Origin: Lophium mytilinum
Taxonomy: Eukaryota
Direction of reading: 5' to 3'
NCBI GenBank assembly: GCA_010093605.1
Contig: MU004191.1
Span: forward strand, 418,816-482,815
Length of the DNA: 64,000 nt
Shown: piece by piece, positions 51,344 through 63,761 of the stretch
How positions within the stretch are numbered: the first letter of the stretch is position 1
Layout: every line of letters starts with the position of its first letter
Notes under the pieces: model-generated
The model's database searches: none
Told to the model about the DNA's origin: nothing
The model's input: the letters and a program-made list of their open reading frames with translations, nothing else
Made by a program: the position numbers and the translations under genes

Positions 51344-52711
51344 GTTGGTTGTTTGATGTGAGACTGGCGAAAATGATGTGTATATGTATGTAAAAATTTG
51401 GGCGATACGGTGCTGCGGAATGGGAATTATACTGTGGCAGTTTGTGCGAGACCGAGAATCAACCTGGGATTGGGGAGGGGTGGATTAGGCGAGGTGGCTG
51501 GTATCCTTGCAGGTAATTCGTATTGTTCGTGTTTGTTGGATTGATTGCTTGGAAGACAACGCTGGGCTGGAAGATTAAGAATTGGGAAGCTGGGGGTTTG
51601 GTCTGGTTAGACTTCCTGAGTATTGGGTGACCGTTCTCGAGGGGACTCGTTTTGCGGCTATTGTGAATGGTTTTGAGGTTTGAGGGAGACTTTGATTTTT
51701 GGGGGGTCATGATAGGCTGGCTGAGGAAACCCACTCAGGACTTCTTCAGCGCTCAGGCTTCAACACCACGTCGATTTTCAGCATACCACAGGACCTGCGT
51801 GCGCTAGCTCAGAAACTTCAAGTTCTCACGTTCAAAGGCAGACATGTATACAGTGATCTCAAGCACGTTCATGACAAGACTAACCCACCGAACTACGTCG
51901 ATGATTGAGCATATAGCCGCAATTCGATCTGCGACGCCGCTGACGAATGGAGGACGTGTGTATAGCTTAAACTCGTGAAGTTCATATCCTAGACGAGATA
52001 CTCCGCAAATATTAGCGCAAGCTGTTGACGCAGCCAGGCATCTACGGCTTGTAGTTTTCGTCATGCATCATGACGCCCCTCCCAAAACCACAATATCACC
52101 ATCATACCTCGATATCTCTACAACAGCACTACCACCGCCCTTACTAGACACACACGTCCTCGGAGCAACTGCGGTCGGTTTGTCTACGGCATGCTTTGCT
52201 TAATCAAGCCGCTATTAATCTTCCATGAGTCTTCCATGAATCTTCCGAACTGACAAAGCACCTCCACCCCGCCAGATCCTATTTATCCTCCACCTACCTT
52301 CCACCCTTGAAATTCACAATCCTCGGAAAGTCTCGGCTTTCAAAGGGTCTCGGGATTCACAAAGGTCTCGGCCTCAACGCTGGACTGCTGTCGTCAGCAC
52401 GGGTGACACAAACCCAGCTGTACGGGATACGGCTTCGGAACGTTAGTCCTCCCGAGCGAAACGCGTTCGTGAGATGCACGAAACCCGTGGCAGACGCACC
52501 GCGTACAGCGTATCCTGCATGCCCGCTTGTGACTCAGAAGCGAGGTCATGAGGGCGTAGTTGGCATTCACGCTCTCAGTAGCAAAGTCATCACAGCAATT
52601 CCAAATAATCTTCATCCTCGGCATGGAAGTAATCATGTACATCATCCATATTCGACATATCATACTATCTGTGTCATTGGCCAACGAACGAACGAACCTA
52701 AGATCTCCAGT

Positions 52712-54682
52712 CTACTTGTACACGTGGATAACGTGGGCGTTGCAGAAGCTCAGGAGGCCGGTGTTGCTGGGTGACTCTGTTAGCTTCGAGGAATATGAGG
52801 TGGAAGGATGCCATGGGCGGAACTCACCCCCATTCTCCACCAATACCAGACTCCTTGTGGCCACCGAAGATGGCTTGCGGAGTTGGCTTTTCCCAGCTGT
52901 TGACGAAGACGCTGCCGGCTTCTAGTCGCAGCGCAACCTTCTCGGCTGCGGCGACGTCTTTGCCCCACACACATGCGCCGAGGCCAGTCTGTCCGAGTTG
53001 ATTAGTGGTGTGTCTCAATTAGGCAAACAGACGAGAAAACTTACGTTGGTATCGTTAGCACGGGCAATGACCTCTTCCAAATCAGACCAGGGCTGGGTCG
53101 GCACAATAGGGCCTTCACAAGAAAACGTCAGTAATCACTCCCATCGCTCACATCCTACTCCTATAGCTGCAACTTACCAAACGGCTCCTCGGTGATGATT
53201 CTCGAGTCATTCGGCGGATTGTCGATGATCGTGGGCTGGATGAAGAAGCCCTTGGTCGCCGAGATGTCTGGGGTTCCGGCGGCGAACTTGTACCCCTTGG
53301 CCTTGCTGTCGGCGAAGAAGGTCTTTACTTTGTCGAACTGCATCTGGTTCTGGATGGGGCCGAGCGGGGCCTCGGAGTCCGGCGCGCCCGTCTTGAGGGT
53401 CGCGGTGAACTTGACCATGGCCTCGAGGAAGGGCTTGTAGATGCTTTCATGGATGTAGATGCGCTTGGTGGCGACGCAGACTTGGCCGGTGTTTTGGAAG
53501 GCGCCCATGACGACTTCCGGGGCGACCTTCTCGATGTCGCTGGGGGTGGGGGTTAGTATTGGGATTGTGATTGGAATTGTGATTGGGATTTGAGGGGTGA
53601 GGGGTGGGGCTTACACGTCGGGGAGGATGATTGAGGCATCGTTGCCACCGAGCTCGAGGGTGACGCGCTTCAGGGTCTTAGCACTGGCTTCCATGACTTT
53701 CTTACCGGTGGCAATGGAGCCGGTGAAGGAGATCTTGGCGATGTCCGGGTGAGTGGTGAGCAGGGCCCCGAGTTCGTTGTTGCCACCGACGGCCTGGAGG
53801 ACTCCCGGAGGGAAGACCTGCTGGGCTAGCTCGACGAGCTTCAAGGCGGTGTATGGGGTGAACGGTCTTCCTGAGTTAGCTGCTTGGTGGTACTGGCGGG
53901 ATGGGGTCTGTCTCACGATGGCTTGAGAATGACCGTGTTACCAGTGAGGAGACCGGGGGCAAACTTTCCAACAGCTTGGATAGGTTAGTAGAGTCCAGAT
54001 TGGGGCAACGCGCTCACGAACGTACCTAGGATAAGGGGGACTAGATGCAGTTAGCAAAGGAGCGCGACCTCTGGGAAGGAAACGGGGGCATAAGCTTACA
54101 GTTCCATGGGCAAATAGCTCCTACTACACCCAATGGAGTAAATCGTGTAGTCACAATCTTCTCGTCATCCTCGAACTTCTCCTCTGGAATGGAGAGAGTA
54201 TCTAGTACTGAGTCAGCATGTCGGAAATACATGGCCAGCGGAAGAGCTTTACTCACTGTGGAAGCCAATGAACCCTCCTACTCCTCCGACTTCAATGCCG
54301 GCAAACTTTTTCTGAGCATATCATTAGCTTTTTGATGACTAGCTGCAGCTGACCTGCCTTGGCATCTGCCACTTACTGGTTTGCCCGCCTCCTTGCACAG
54401 AAGCTCCGTGAACTCAGCCGAATGCTGCTCGAAGAGCTCCACGAACTTCTGGAGCAGCTCCTTCCGCTTCTCGACGGGCGTGGCAGCCCAGGCGGGAAAA
54501 GCTTTCTTGCCAGCCGCTACGGCATCATTGAGATCTTGTGAGCTGCCGATTGGGACATCCCAGAGCTCCTCGCCAGTCGAGGGGTTGATGCCGTGGTGGA
54601 TCTCCTTGCTACTGCGTTGCTTGCCATCGACAATGTTGTAGAAGGTGTCGAAGCTGATGGTGGACGTTTTGGACGGAGACAT
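52712..54682 (-). CDS. Aldehyde dehydrogenase, intron-rich (~9 introns)
   Basis: PLGVVGAICPWNFP; ISFTGSIATGK; TLELGGND; FQNTGQVC; EEPFGP; FGGHKESGIG. Confidence 0.93.
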
Positions 54683-54891
54683 GTTTGCTCTAGTGGGGTA
54701 GTGTTTGCGGGGATGAAAGGTGCGGGGAGAGAGAGAGATGGATGAAATGAGCGGGGGGGAAAGGCTTCGGTATTTAAGTGCTGAGACGCGGCAAGAGCTC
54801 TGCGAACACCTGGTGCTGAGGGGCGATACAAGGCTGGAATATAATATCGAGTCAGGGTTGCAGGTCGGGAATTGAGGGGTCTTCCTAGCTA

Positions 54892-55747
54892 CCGTACGGC
54901 GATCGGGGGGTTCGGGGCGGCGGTCTTGCGTGGTGCTAGAAACTCTTCTAGCGAGTAGGGTAACTAGCAACAATCTTAGTAAATTCTTTAGTAAAGGTAC
55001 TTCTTCTTATAGTATTAAAGAGAAATATCTCTCTCTTAAGAGCCTAGCTTATATTTAAGAGTATAAGAGTAGTTCTTCTATTAGAAATAGTATTTTCTAA
55101 AAAAAGATCTTAGATTTTTAAGTAAGTTTTTTCTCTAAGTCCGCCCCAAGTCCGCTCTAAGTATTTCCTTTTTCTAGGTATTTCTCTAAGAATTTCTTAT
55201 CTCTAAGAGTATTAACTATAAATCTAAACTATATAAAGGCTTTTATTTTCTACTTTTCTAATTATATAGAAATCTTCTTTATTAGTAGCATACTTATTAC
55301 CTAAAGTAGAGTAGATAGTATTAGTAAAAAAAGATAAAAAAAATTAAAAAGTTAATTATATTTATAGAACTAGTAAATATATATATATATATATATATAT
55401 ATACTTCTACTACTCCTCCTTCTTCTCTCTAAGGTCCCGGGTTCGAGCCTGGTCCCGGGTTCGAGCCTGCGTAATTTCTTCTTTTTTCTTTTTTTTGGCG
55501 GGGTTTCTAGGAAATACTTAGGGTGGACTTGGGGCAGACTTGGGGCGGACTTAAGGCTAACTTAGAAATTTAAGACTATCTTAAATTTCTAAGGCGCTTT
55601 ATTAAAAGACTCTATCCTTATTCTAAGACTCTCTTCTTATTCTAGGGTGGAAATACGACTCTACTTGATTAGGGGGTGCACTTGATTACAAGGTTTGCAG
55701 GAGGTAGCCTACAGTCTCCCGTCGCTTACCCCCCCATCGCGGTACGG
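54892..55747. mobile_element. Non-autonomous TIR DNA transposon (Tc1/mariner-pogo type MITE), RIP-affected, 856 bp
   Basis: TA|CCGTACGGCGATCGGGGGGT ... ACCCCCCCATCGCGGTACGG|TA (18/20 inverted match, TA target duplication). AT/TpA-rich interior and internal inverted arms at 55136-55169 / 55509-55553. Confidence 0.8.
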
Positions 55748-57159
55748 TATGAGGAGCTAAGACAGCTATGAGGAGTTAAGACTACCGTAGGTCCGGCTTG
55801 ATTTGACTGCCAGGAAGGGCTAGCTCGTATTCTTTTTCTCTGCCACTAGACCTGTTCTAACCCTAGTCTGGGAACACGGGGATGATGTCAGGGCATCGTT
55901 GGAAGAAGCGGTTGCACATGTGCACATGAAGTTCTGCAGTGCGACGGCCCAGAGACCAGACCCCGGGTATGACGAAACAACGGCCCAATCATTTTGCTGG
56001 CAGCCGCCTTCATTAGTGGACGATTAGTACATGCCACATCCGCCTCCAGTAGCCGAAAGATGAGATTAGGAATCTGGGGTACTGATACGGTGATTTGGTG
56101 CTAGAGCTTACTCCAGGCATGGGAATATGGGGGCGGGGAGGGGGGCGGGGGTGGGCAGCTCTCATCGGCCAACTTGAGCTCTGGCGTCTACTTCCTAGTT
56201 AACTTTCGCCACATGCATAGAATTCAAGGCATCTAGGTTCTAGAGCTGAAAATTGGATTGAAATACTCAAGCCGTGAGAAACTCCCAAAAAGGAATTTGA
56301 CTCACGAAGGATCTCGGCGTGGGTCTTTGCCCCGAGTATCAAGACCCGATCCAACTGCTCTGTGTAGCTTACAGAGTTAGTCCGGTCCGCCAGGAGCGAT
56401 TGGATCCGCTGAATCTACCGAAGTCCTGTACCGCGGGGTCCTAGCTATGTAGCTAATCCCCCTTGGCTAGGTCATCAGCCTTCCCAGCGCCGAGGGCGTT
56501 TTGTCGCCGTCGATTAGTGCTTCGGGCCGGAAGCTGATCGCCTGCCATCTGCTTATTCTAAAGTCGTTAATCGAGGATAGCGACTCGGAGCTTAAACATT
56601 CTCCATAGAACTGTAAAGGACACACCGCCCTGTGAGCGTCGAAGAGCATCGCTGAGAACGAGCAGTAACTTGTCGGGAAAGTCGGAACAGGAATTGGCAT
56701 CCCCGAACACTTCAGTGTCCTAGAATGCTCTCGTGCATAGCACGTAGGAGGCCTGAATTCGAGAACGGAAGACGTATGGACGCGAATCCCGGGATATCTT
56801 GAAAATGAGCTGAAAGATCAGAAAAGACGCGACTCACAATACGATGGAGGTTGAAGTAGAGTTCCATTCCCTTCAGCTGGAGCCCACAAGCCTTTGACTA
56901 GTGGGGCCGTCAGTCAGCTCAGAACATGCCACAAGTAGCACAAAGCGAAGGGGATCAATACCATTCATTGGTCCGCTAAAGAGGCCGATCGATGCCTCTT
57001 GTGCTTAGCTCGTACCATCCCTTACTTGCCTTTCAATTCCTTTTCACGCGCAGGGCATTTCTTTCAGGTACTTTTCCCAATAGTCTAACTCTACCTAAAT
57101 TTTCTCCTTTTCCGTGCCATCGAACGACCCTAGCTGTCTAATTGAGGACGATCTGCTTG

Positions 57160-57630
57160 CTGCGCTCTCAGATCTACCATTTATACCCATAGCGTGGACC
57201 CTACATGTACCTTTCCTGGCTACACTTTCGGCCCAATTCCCAGAATTTAGACCAAATGCCTACCCACTTCCAGGATACATCTGTCCGCTAGGTATACCAC
57301 GCTCTCGGACGAAAATCTACCACTTATAGCCATAGTGTGGCCCCAAAGTGAGCCTTTCCTGTCTGAGCTTTCGGTCTAGTTTCTCGAACTTGAGCCGAAA
57401 ACTTGGCTTAGTTGTAGGTATCTATAGTCTGTGTGGTATTCCATACTCTCGGTTTAAGAACTATCACTTATACCCTTAGCGTGGACCCTACGCGTGCCTT
57501 TTCTGTCTACGCTTCCGGCCTAATTTCTAGAGATTAAAACTGAATGCCTGCCTCCCCTTATGTATATACCCTTTGTCTATTCGGCGCTCTCGGCCTAAAA
57601 ACCACTCATTGTAAAAAGTGTGGACCCAAA
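57160..57630 (-). repeat. Degenerate tandem array, ~143-bp period; reverse complement of the array at 17860-18450
   Basis: TTATA(C/G)CC(A/T)TAG(C/T)GTGG(A/C)CCC at 57181, 57324 and 57468, with a partial copy at ~57610. Confidence 0.8.
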
Positions 57631-57985
57631 GAGGCCACGTAGAAAATACATCTACATTCATATGTCTCCTGACACTGCTTTACCGCCATACTGCCGTAGA
57701 CCTACCCTACGTAAAAGAGCCGACAAAAGGGTCGACGAGGTTACCACTTGTCGTGCTTAGAGTAATTACAGTTTGGGCATAATTAGGTATTGTTCTTACA
57801 AAAGCGTGTGCCATAGCCCGGCCCCGGTTGTTTCTCATGGAGTAAAGATGCACGAAAGCGTGGTCTGAATTAGATGATAAAAACGCGTGCACGAAGACGA
57901 TCCTGCACCCACAAAACTCGAAAGTGATGACTTAATCTTTTTACTATATAGAACAGGGGTATCATCTCACATCCCAGCGGGCGAC

Positions 57986-60367
57986 TCAAACCCCCTCCCA
58001 CTCCTCATCCTCGCTGCCCTCCTCTCCCCAATCCAACTTCATAAGTAACCGATCCACCCCACCAACACTCCACGGCTCATACGCCGCACCAACGCCAACG
58101 CTCTCCCCGCCCACCACGCCGGTCCCAGCGCCCCCGCCCATCCTCTCAGCATCCACCTCCCTCAGCCGCCCCACGAGGCCCTTCAAGTCACTATCCACCC
58201 GCTTCCTAGCGCGGTCCAGTTGCAGCGCAACCTCCCGTTCTTCCTTCGGGTAGTCCGCCATCGCATCGACGATGCCGTCGTCTTCGAGGTCGAGGTTCTG
58301 TTGGACGAGCTGCAGCCGGGTGATGTATGCAACCAGCTCATCAACGTGAACCAGGAACTCGCGGAGGGCGGTTGTGAAGAGGAAGTCAGTCAGGAGGAGC
58401 GAGTAGGCGAGCGAGGCGAGGAAGGCACGGTGGGCGGAGGCGAGAGTTTCGGGGTCGTGAGGCGTGGAGGCGCTGTCATGCGCATGTGATGAGCTGGGCC
58501 GCTCGGTTGCGGGGATGTTTATGTTGCGGTTGAGACTCGCCGCGGGTGAGTATGGAGGGGTGAAGATGGCGGATCGGTCGGCGGAGGAGCGAGGACGGTC
58601 GGTTGAAGAAGAGGGCGGGCGCTGTGGTGCGCCTTCGGGCTGCAGGATCCAGTCGCGGAAGTGCTTCCAGCTCTCTTGCACAACTTCGCCTTCGAAGTAG
58701 GCGCCGGCTTCGGAGAGGAAGAAGATGGCTGCGCCGCAGGTTGCCCAAACTTTTCGCATTTCACGGCCGCGGGCGTCGGCTTTTTGGCGGCGCTTTTTTA
58801 GTATGGCTTTACCGGAGGGTGTTGAGCTAAATTGGGGGGCGGGTGGAGCTGGATGCTCTCTTCGGATGGAGCTTTGCCTCCATAGGTCGGCGAGACGGAG
58901 GTGGCCGCGGCGTACTGATAGCAGGTAGGCGTTGATAGAGGAGTATATATCCAGATCAGAGTTTACTATGAAAAGATCTAGTGGAGAGCGAATGTCTAAA
59001 GTGAGAGTGGTGGGTATAGACAGCAAGAGGTCGTTGAAGACGACACTGGATATCTTGGGAGCCGACGACGATGATTCTCGTGCTCGACCAGGTGTGCCTG
59101 GGCGATTAGTGGTAGGTTTGTGTACGCTTAAGTGTACCAGATCCATTGCGAGGTCTAGGGAGTCGTCCGTGTGGTCCTCCTCGCCGCTCAAGCTTGACAG
59201 AACCGACCATGCCCGGGCCAAGACCGCAGTGATCTCTCCTTCTTTTAGTAGGACACTTTGCAAGCCCGGTTTGCGTTGTGAGGCTTGCCCAGGCATATTG
59301 TGTCGTGATCGAATCTTCTCATCAGCCTCCGTAATTAAAGCCACAGCAAACTCACCCCTTCCGAGGAGGAAGAACTCTTGAAGGAGGGATAAGATCTCAA
59401 CAATTTTGGGTAAAGGGAGCAAGTGCTGTAGCATGTTGCGAGACAGGGAAAGGCGAATAGCTGTGATTGCCTCGGAGAGATTGGAGGTTGAGATGGGAGT
59501 TGTGACTTGCGAAAGATGCTGGAGATGTAACGGGAGAAGTTCAAGCTCCGATGCCCTAGATGAGCGTGTAGCAGGGGTCTTTGAAGCGTTCTCAAGAGAT
59601 CGAATTTGATTGAGTGACTTTCCTACGAACAGCATGGACGTTGCTGTTTGTCGGGATACGAACTTCGGAAGGCTCTTGCTGCGTACAACGAAACGGCTTC
59701 CTTCTTCGTCATCTGACCACTGGATGAAGAAGTCCGAGGTCCCAAATGTCGGTAACCGACCATATAGCACCCAGGTCGATAATTGTCGCAGCCATGCAGT
59801 CTCCGCGACTTTACCTAACTCTACCGCGGCCTCCTCGATGTCTGGATAGCCTGTCTGCGCCTCCTGCCGGAGCTTGTCGATTATCCCAGCCCCAGAAGAC
59901 ATGACATCCTCTCTGATAACGCCTTTGACGTTCTTCTCGGTGAGGCCAGGGCGCATCATGAAGTTTTCAAGCTTCCATAGCCACTCCATCAACCTCGTCC
60001 ATTCATCAAACTCGCCAACAATGCCTGCCAACGGCACAATGTTATATGCCCCAACTGTGCTCACATCTCTCTTCAAGATCCTACGCTCCACGTCCAATAT
60101 CTTCTGCTGGAACTTTGCTAGTTGTGAGGATGTAATTGCGGTAGCTACGGCGCGGCATATCGTGGAGGGATGTATCGAGGATATCCGTGAAGCATGTTCG
60201 CGAGTCTGGCGGTGGAGTTTGGACAGAGCTCCAACGGATGACAGAAGCTCTGCCTCTGGCGGAGAGAGTAGGGGAAATGACTTTGTGTCTATCCCTTTGA
60301 TGGTACTTTGGGATTCGAAAAGCGGGGAAGGGTGGCCCGAGAGGGATAGGAGGATTTCGTGGAGCAT
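57986..60367 (-). CDS. GCP4: Gamma-tubulin complex component GCP4 (Spc97/Spc98 family), intronless, 793 aa
   Basis: MLHEILLSLSGHPSPL start; QLSTWVLYGRL; SMLFVGKSL; EFFLLGRGEFA; SPLDLF; DRLLMKLD. Confidence 0.88.
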   Translation of the reverse strand: MLHEILLSLSGHPSPLFESQSTIKGIDTKSFPLLSPPEAELLSSVGALSKLHRQTREHASRISSIHPSTICRAVATAITSSQLAKFQQKILDVERRILKRDVSTVGAYNIVPLAGIVGEFDEWTRLMEWLWKLENFMMRPGLTEKNVKGVIREDVMSSGAGIIDKLRQEAQTGYPDIEEAAVELGKVAETAWLRQLSTWVLYGRLPTFGTSDFFIQWSDDEEGSRFVVRSKSLPKFVSRQTATSMLFVGKSLNQIRSLENASKTPATRSSRASELELLPLHLQHLSQVTTPISTSNLSEAITAIRLSLSRNMLQHLLPLPKIVEILSLLQEFFLLGRGEFAVALITEADEKIRSRHNMPGQASQRKPGLQSVLLKEGEITAVLARAWSVLSSLSGEEDHTDDSLDLAMDLVHLSVHKPTTNRPGTPGRARESSSSAPKISSVVFNDLLLSIPTTLTLDIRSPLDLFIVNSDLDIYSSINAYLLSVRRGHLRLADLWRQSSIRREHPAPPAPQFSSTPSGKAILKKRRQKADARGREMRKVWATCGAAIFFLSEAGAYFEGEVVQESWKHFRDWILQPEGAPQRPPSSSTDRPRSSADRSAIFTPPYSPAASLNRNINIPATERPSSSHAHDSASTPHDPETLASAHRAFLASLAYSLLLTDFLFTTALREFLVHVDELVAYITRLQLVQQNLDLEDDGIVDAMADYPKEEREVALQLDRARKRVDSDLKGLVGRLREVDAERMGGGAGTGVVGGESVGVGAAYEPWSVGGVDRLLMKLDWGEEGSEDEEWEGV

Positions 60368-60785
60368 TGCTGCAGTTGTAGTTGTTCGCTACCTATGCTT
60401 TCCTCTCTGTTTCCGTGTTAGAGGAAGTATACAATATGCGGGACGAGACGCGGTGGTCGACTTACTCGTCATGGATGGGCGGATTTCGTCGCTGGAAACG
60501 CTCTTGGAAGAAAACGATCAAAACACTCAGCAACTCAAACCGGCACATCAGCGGCGGCTCAAATACATGGCCCAAAAAGGCTACTGTTTACACGTTGAGT
60601 GAATTGACAAAGCAGAGGCGTGGGATTGGTGACGATTGTCGGAAGAAGTCGCGACACGCGCTGATCTGCGCAAGCATCCCGAGCCAGCCCCTCAGGCCCC
60701 CCCTCAACACCTCCGGCCCCACCAAGTCACCAATTCACCAATTCACCTCCTTTCCTCCTTCAACACACTTATCAAATTACTGACC

Positions 60786-62161
60786 ATGTCTCGACGAATT
60801 CCAGCCAAAAGCAGGAGCCTCCAACCCCGGAGGCTTCTCAGCCCCCAATTCATCTCCAGGCCCTTCAGCACCGTTCAAGATGTTGTTCCCGGGAGCTCAA
60901 CCGGGCCACCGCAAGCACCAACACCTCAACGTACCTCCGTGTTGCAAGATGCACTTCAATCAACGGCCCCTCGGACCAATTGGACAAAAGAAGAAATCTC
61001 AGAGATCTACAACACTCCATTAATGGAACTATCATATGCAGCGGTAAGAACACATTTCTTCAAGATGCCGAGAGTACCCCGGCAAGCACTATGAACCACA
61101 CATTGGCCCTTTTATTTGCATTTCGGACACTGACAAATACCTCAAAGGCTACTCTCCACCGCCGCTTCCACTCGCCCGCAGCCATCCAGCTCTGCACCCT
61201 GATCAACATCAAAACCGGCGGCTGCAGCGAAGACTGCTCGTACTGCGCGCAATCCTCGCGGCACAACACGGGCCTCAAAGCGACCAAAATGGTCAACGTT
61301 GAGACCGTGCTCGCCGCCGCCCGCACCGCAAAGGAGAACGGCAGCTCGCGCTTCTGCATGGGCGCCGCGTGGCGCGACATGCGCGGCCGCAAGACCAACC
61401 TCCGCAACATCACCGAGATGGTCAAGGGCGTGCGCGCGCTGGGCATGGAGGCGTGCGTGACGCTGGGGATGATTGATGCCGCGCAGGCGAAGGAGCTGAA
61501 GCAGGCGGGCTTGACGGCGTATAACCATAATGTTGATACGAGCCGCGAGCATTACCCGAGCGTCATTACTACGCGTTCGTATGACGAGCGGCTGGCGACG
61601 ATCGAGAATGTGCGGGAGGCCGGGATCAATGTGTGCACGGGTGGCATTTTGGGGCTGGGTGAGAAGGCGAAGGACCATGTGGGCTTGATCCATACGGTTG
61701 CGACGCTGCCTAAGCATCCAGAGTCGTTCCCCGTGAATGCTCTGGTGCCGATCAAGGGGACGCCGTTGGGAGAGAGCAAAGCTATTTCGTTTGATGCAAT
61801 TGTGAGGACGATTGCAACTGCGAGGATGGTGCTGCCTGCGACCATCATTCGGTTGGCTGCCGGCAGGAACACTATGACTGAGGAGAAGCAGATGATGTGC
61901 TTCTTTTCTGGTGGTACGTTGTTCCATAAAATATGAATTCAGATGAAGCATGCTAACTCTTTTACAGCTAATGCCGTGTTCACCGGAGAGAAGATGTTGA
62001 CTACCGCCTGTAACGGTTGGGAAGAAGACAAGGCCATGTTTGACCGATGGGGCCTGCGACCGATGGAGAGCCACGAAACTCTTCAAGGTCAGGAGGAGAT
62101 GAAGGAATCAATTCCTCCTGTGGTCGAGCAGAAGGAGCAAGCATTGGCCAGCGCGCCATGA
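60786..62161 (+). CDS. BIO2: Biotin synthase (radical SAM), 3 exons, mitochondrial-presequence-like N-terminus
   Basis: IKTGGCSEDCSYCAQS; RFCMGAAWR; AYNHNVDTS; VCTGGILGLGE; PESFPVNAL; IRLAAGR; ANAVFTGEKMLTT. Confidence 0.96.
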
Positions 62162-62338
62162 AAATTTGGAGGTGTTTAAAAGTGAGATTTCGCAGCGTAC
62201 ATGAAGCTCCTCCTTGCGGAGTCGAGCATCTGAATATTCAAATACATATACTATATATGCGCTAGCTTTTGATGTCTAGAGAACTGGAAATATGCTCTAT
62301 GTATGCAAAATATTGACTTATTCAAGAGTCCGAGCCCA

Positions 62339-63761
62339 TCAGAGTCGAGCCTTCTCCAAAGCTGGCGGTAGTGCATCGCCAGCAAAGTCACCCCCTTCTG
62401 TTTGTACTCCAACCCAGTCATCAATCCTATCAACCAGCTTCCGAACCTCGTCATAGGTGTTGCCCGAGTGTAGACACACTCGAATTCTCGAGCTGCCATG
62501 AGGTACAGTCGGAGGCACTACAGCGCGCACAACAAACCCTGCATCTTGACAATACTTCGCCAGACTTCTTGGGTGCGGCGTGATAACTGCGAAGATAGGG
62601 CTCTGTGGACACTCTGCCGGGACTCTGAGCAGCGCAGCTGGGCCGTTATTGAATCCGTGTTTGGCTACTAGGTCTTGGAGCATGTCGAATGTTGCTTGAA
62701 TAAGCCACTTCAGGTGCAGCGCAAGCTTGAATCACATAGAACGTTAGGTGCCGTCTTACGAAAACAGATACTCACCAGCTGGACTTACTGGCTCTGTGTC
62801 TCCCCGCTGGAGGAGACTGTAGGAGGCTCGGATGCCAGCGAGGGAAGGGTAGGACATAAAGGTTGTATAAATGAGAGGCCGAGCGTAGTTGAGTAGGTAG
62901 TGACGGACCACTGGCGAACATAACACGATTGCTGAGGACCACCGGTTAGTGAAAATGAAAGGAGCTAGGTACAGATGATGTCCTACCTCCATTGCTAGAG
63001 AGAGCTTTCCCGAAGGTGTGAAGTCTCGCAAAGACCTTGTCCTCAAGTCCGAGTTCACACACAAGGCCCCGTCCAAACGGTCCTACTACCCCCGTAGAAT
63101 GTGCTTCATCAACAACGATGTACCCATTCTTTCGTGGCAGCGCCTGCTCAACCACATCTACGATGGCTTTGAGAGGCAGTAGATCCCCATCCATACTGTA
63201 GATGGCCTCAACAGCAACAAACACACTGCGCCGTCCATCTCTTACCAGCCCATCATTCTCTTCACACTCCTCAAGCACCCGCTTCAGATCCTCAACCGAG
63301 TTGTGCAGGAACGGGAGACACTTCGCCGCCCGACTCAACCGCATACCCTCGTGCACAGACGCATGAATAAACTCATCATGAACAATAACATCGCCCGGTT
63401 GCGGCATGCACGAAAAGAACCCGGCGTTAGCGTCGAACCCAGAGTTGAACAGCAACCCCGACGGGGCCCGATGGAAAGCGGCTATGCTTTTCTCTAGATC
63501 CTCGGCATATGCTGAGTTGCCGTCCAGGAGCCGTGACCCACCACTGCCAAGCTTGCACGTCGTGTTGGAGAGCTCTTGCAGATAGGCGGTGCGGAGAGCC
63601 GGCGAGGTGGAGAGGGAGAGGAAGTCGTTGGAGGAGAAATCAACAGAGCCGGTGGGGGAAACGAGGAGGTTGCGGAGCGTGGATTGGGCACGGCGCCGGT
63701 CTAGGGTCTGGCGGATTGTTTGCTCGATTGGCAATTGGGTTGTGGGTGCATCGTCGTCCAT
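62339..63761 (-). CDS. bioF: 8-amino-7-oxononanoate (KAPA) synthase, 3 exons, C-terminal PTS1 -ARL
   Basis: DFSSNDFLSL; GSGGSRLLDGN; FNSGFDAN; IHASVHEG; YSMDGD; VDEAHSTG; HTFGKA; PPTVP..RIRVCLH. Confidence 0.93.

Noticed and set aside
51699..52684. Short ORFs between the tRNA and ALDH 3' end, including three GTCTCGG repeats near 52330-52370
   Set aside because: No protein motif or consistent exon structure; repeats are too short to be significant.
55433..55496. Second tRNA gene
   Set aside because: Only T-arm/B-box-like motifs; no A-box, D-arm or acceptor stem can be folded.
55748..55782. 19-bp tandem duplication TATGAGGAG(C/T)TAAGAC next to the MITE end as a long TSD
   Set aside because: Both copies are on the same side of the element; the element's own TSD is TA.
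59874..62086. Long antisense ORFs over GCP4 and BIO2 (e.g. 59874..60602 +, 61142..62086 -)
   Set aside because: Shadow ORFs produced by high GC3 codon bias of the real genes on the opposite strand; the same applies to ORFs overlapping NOC2, AKR, PPH3 and ALDH.
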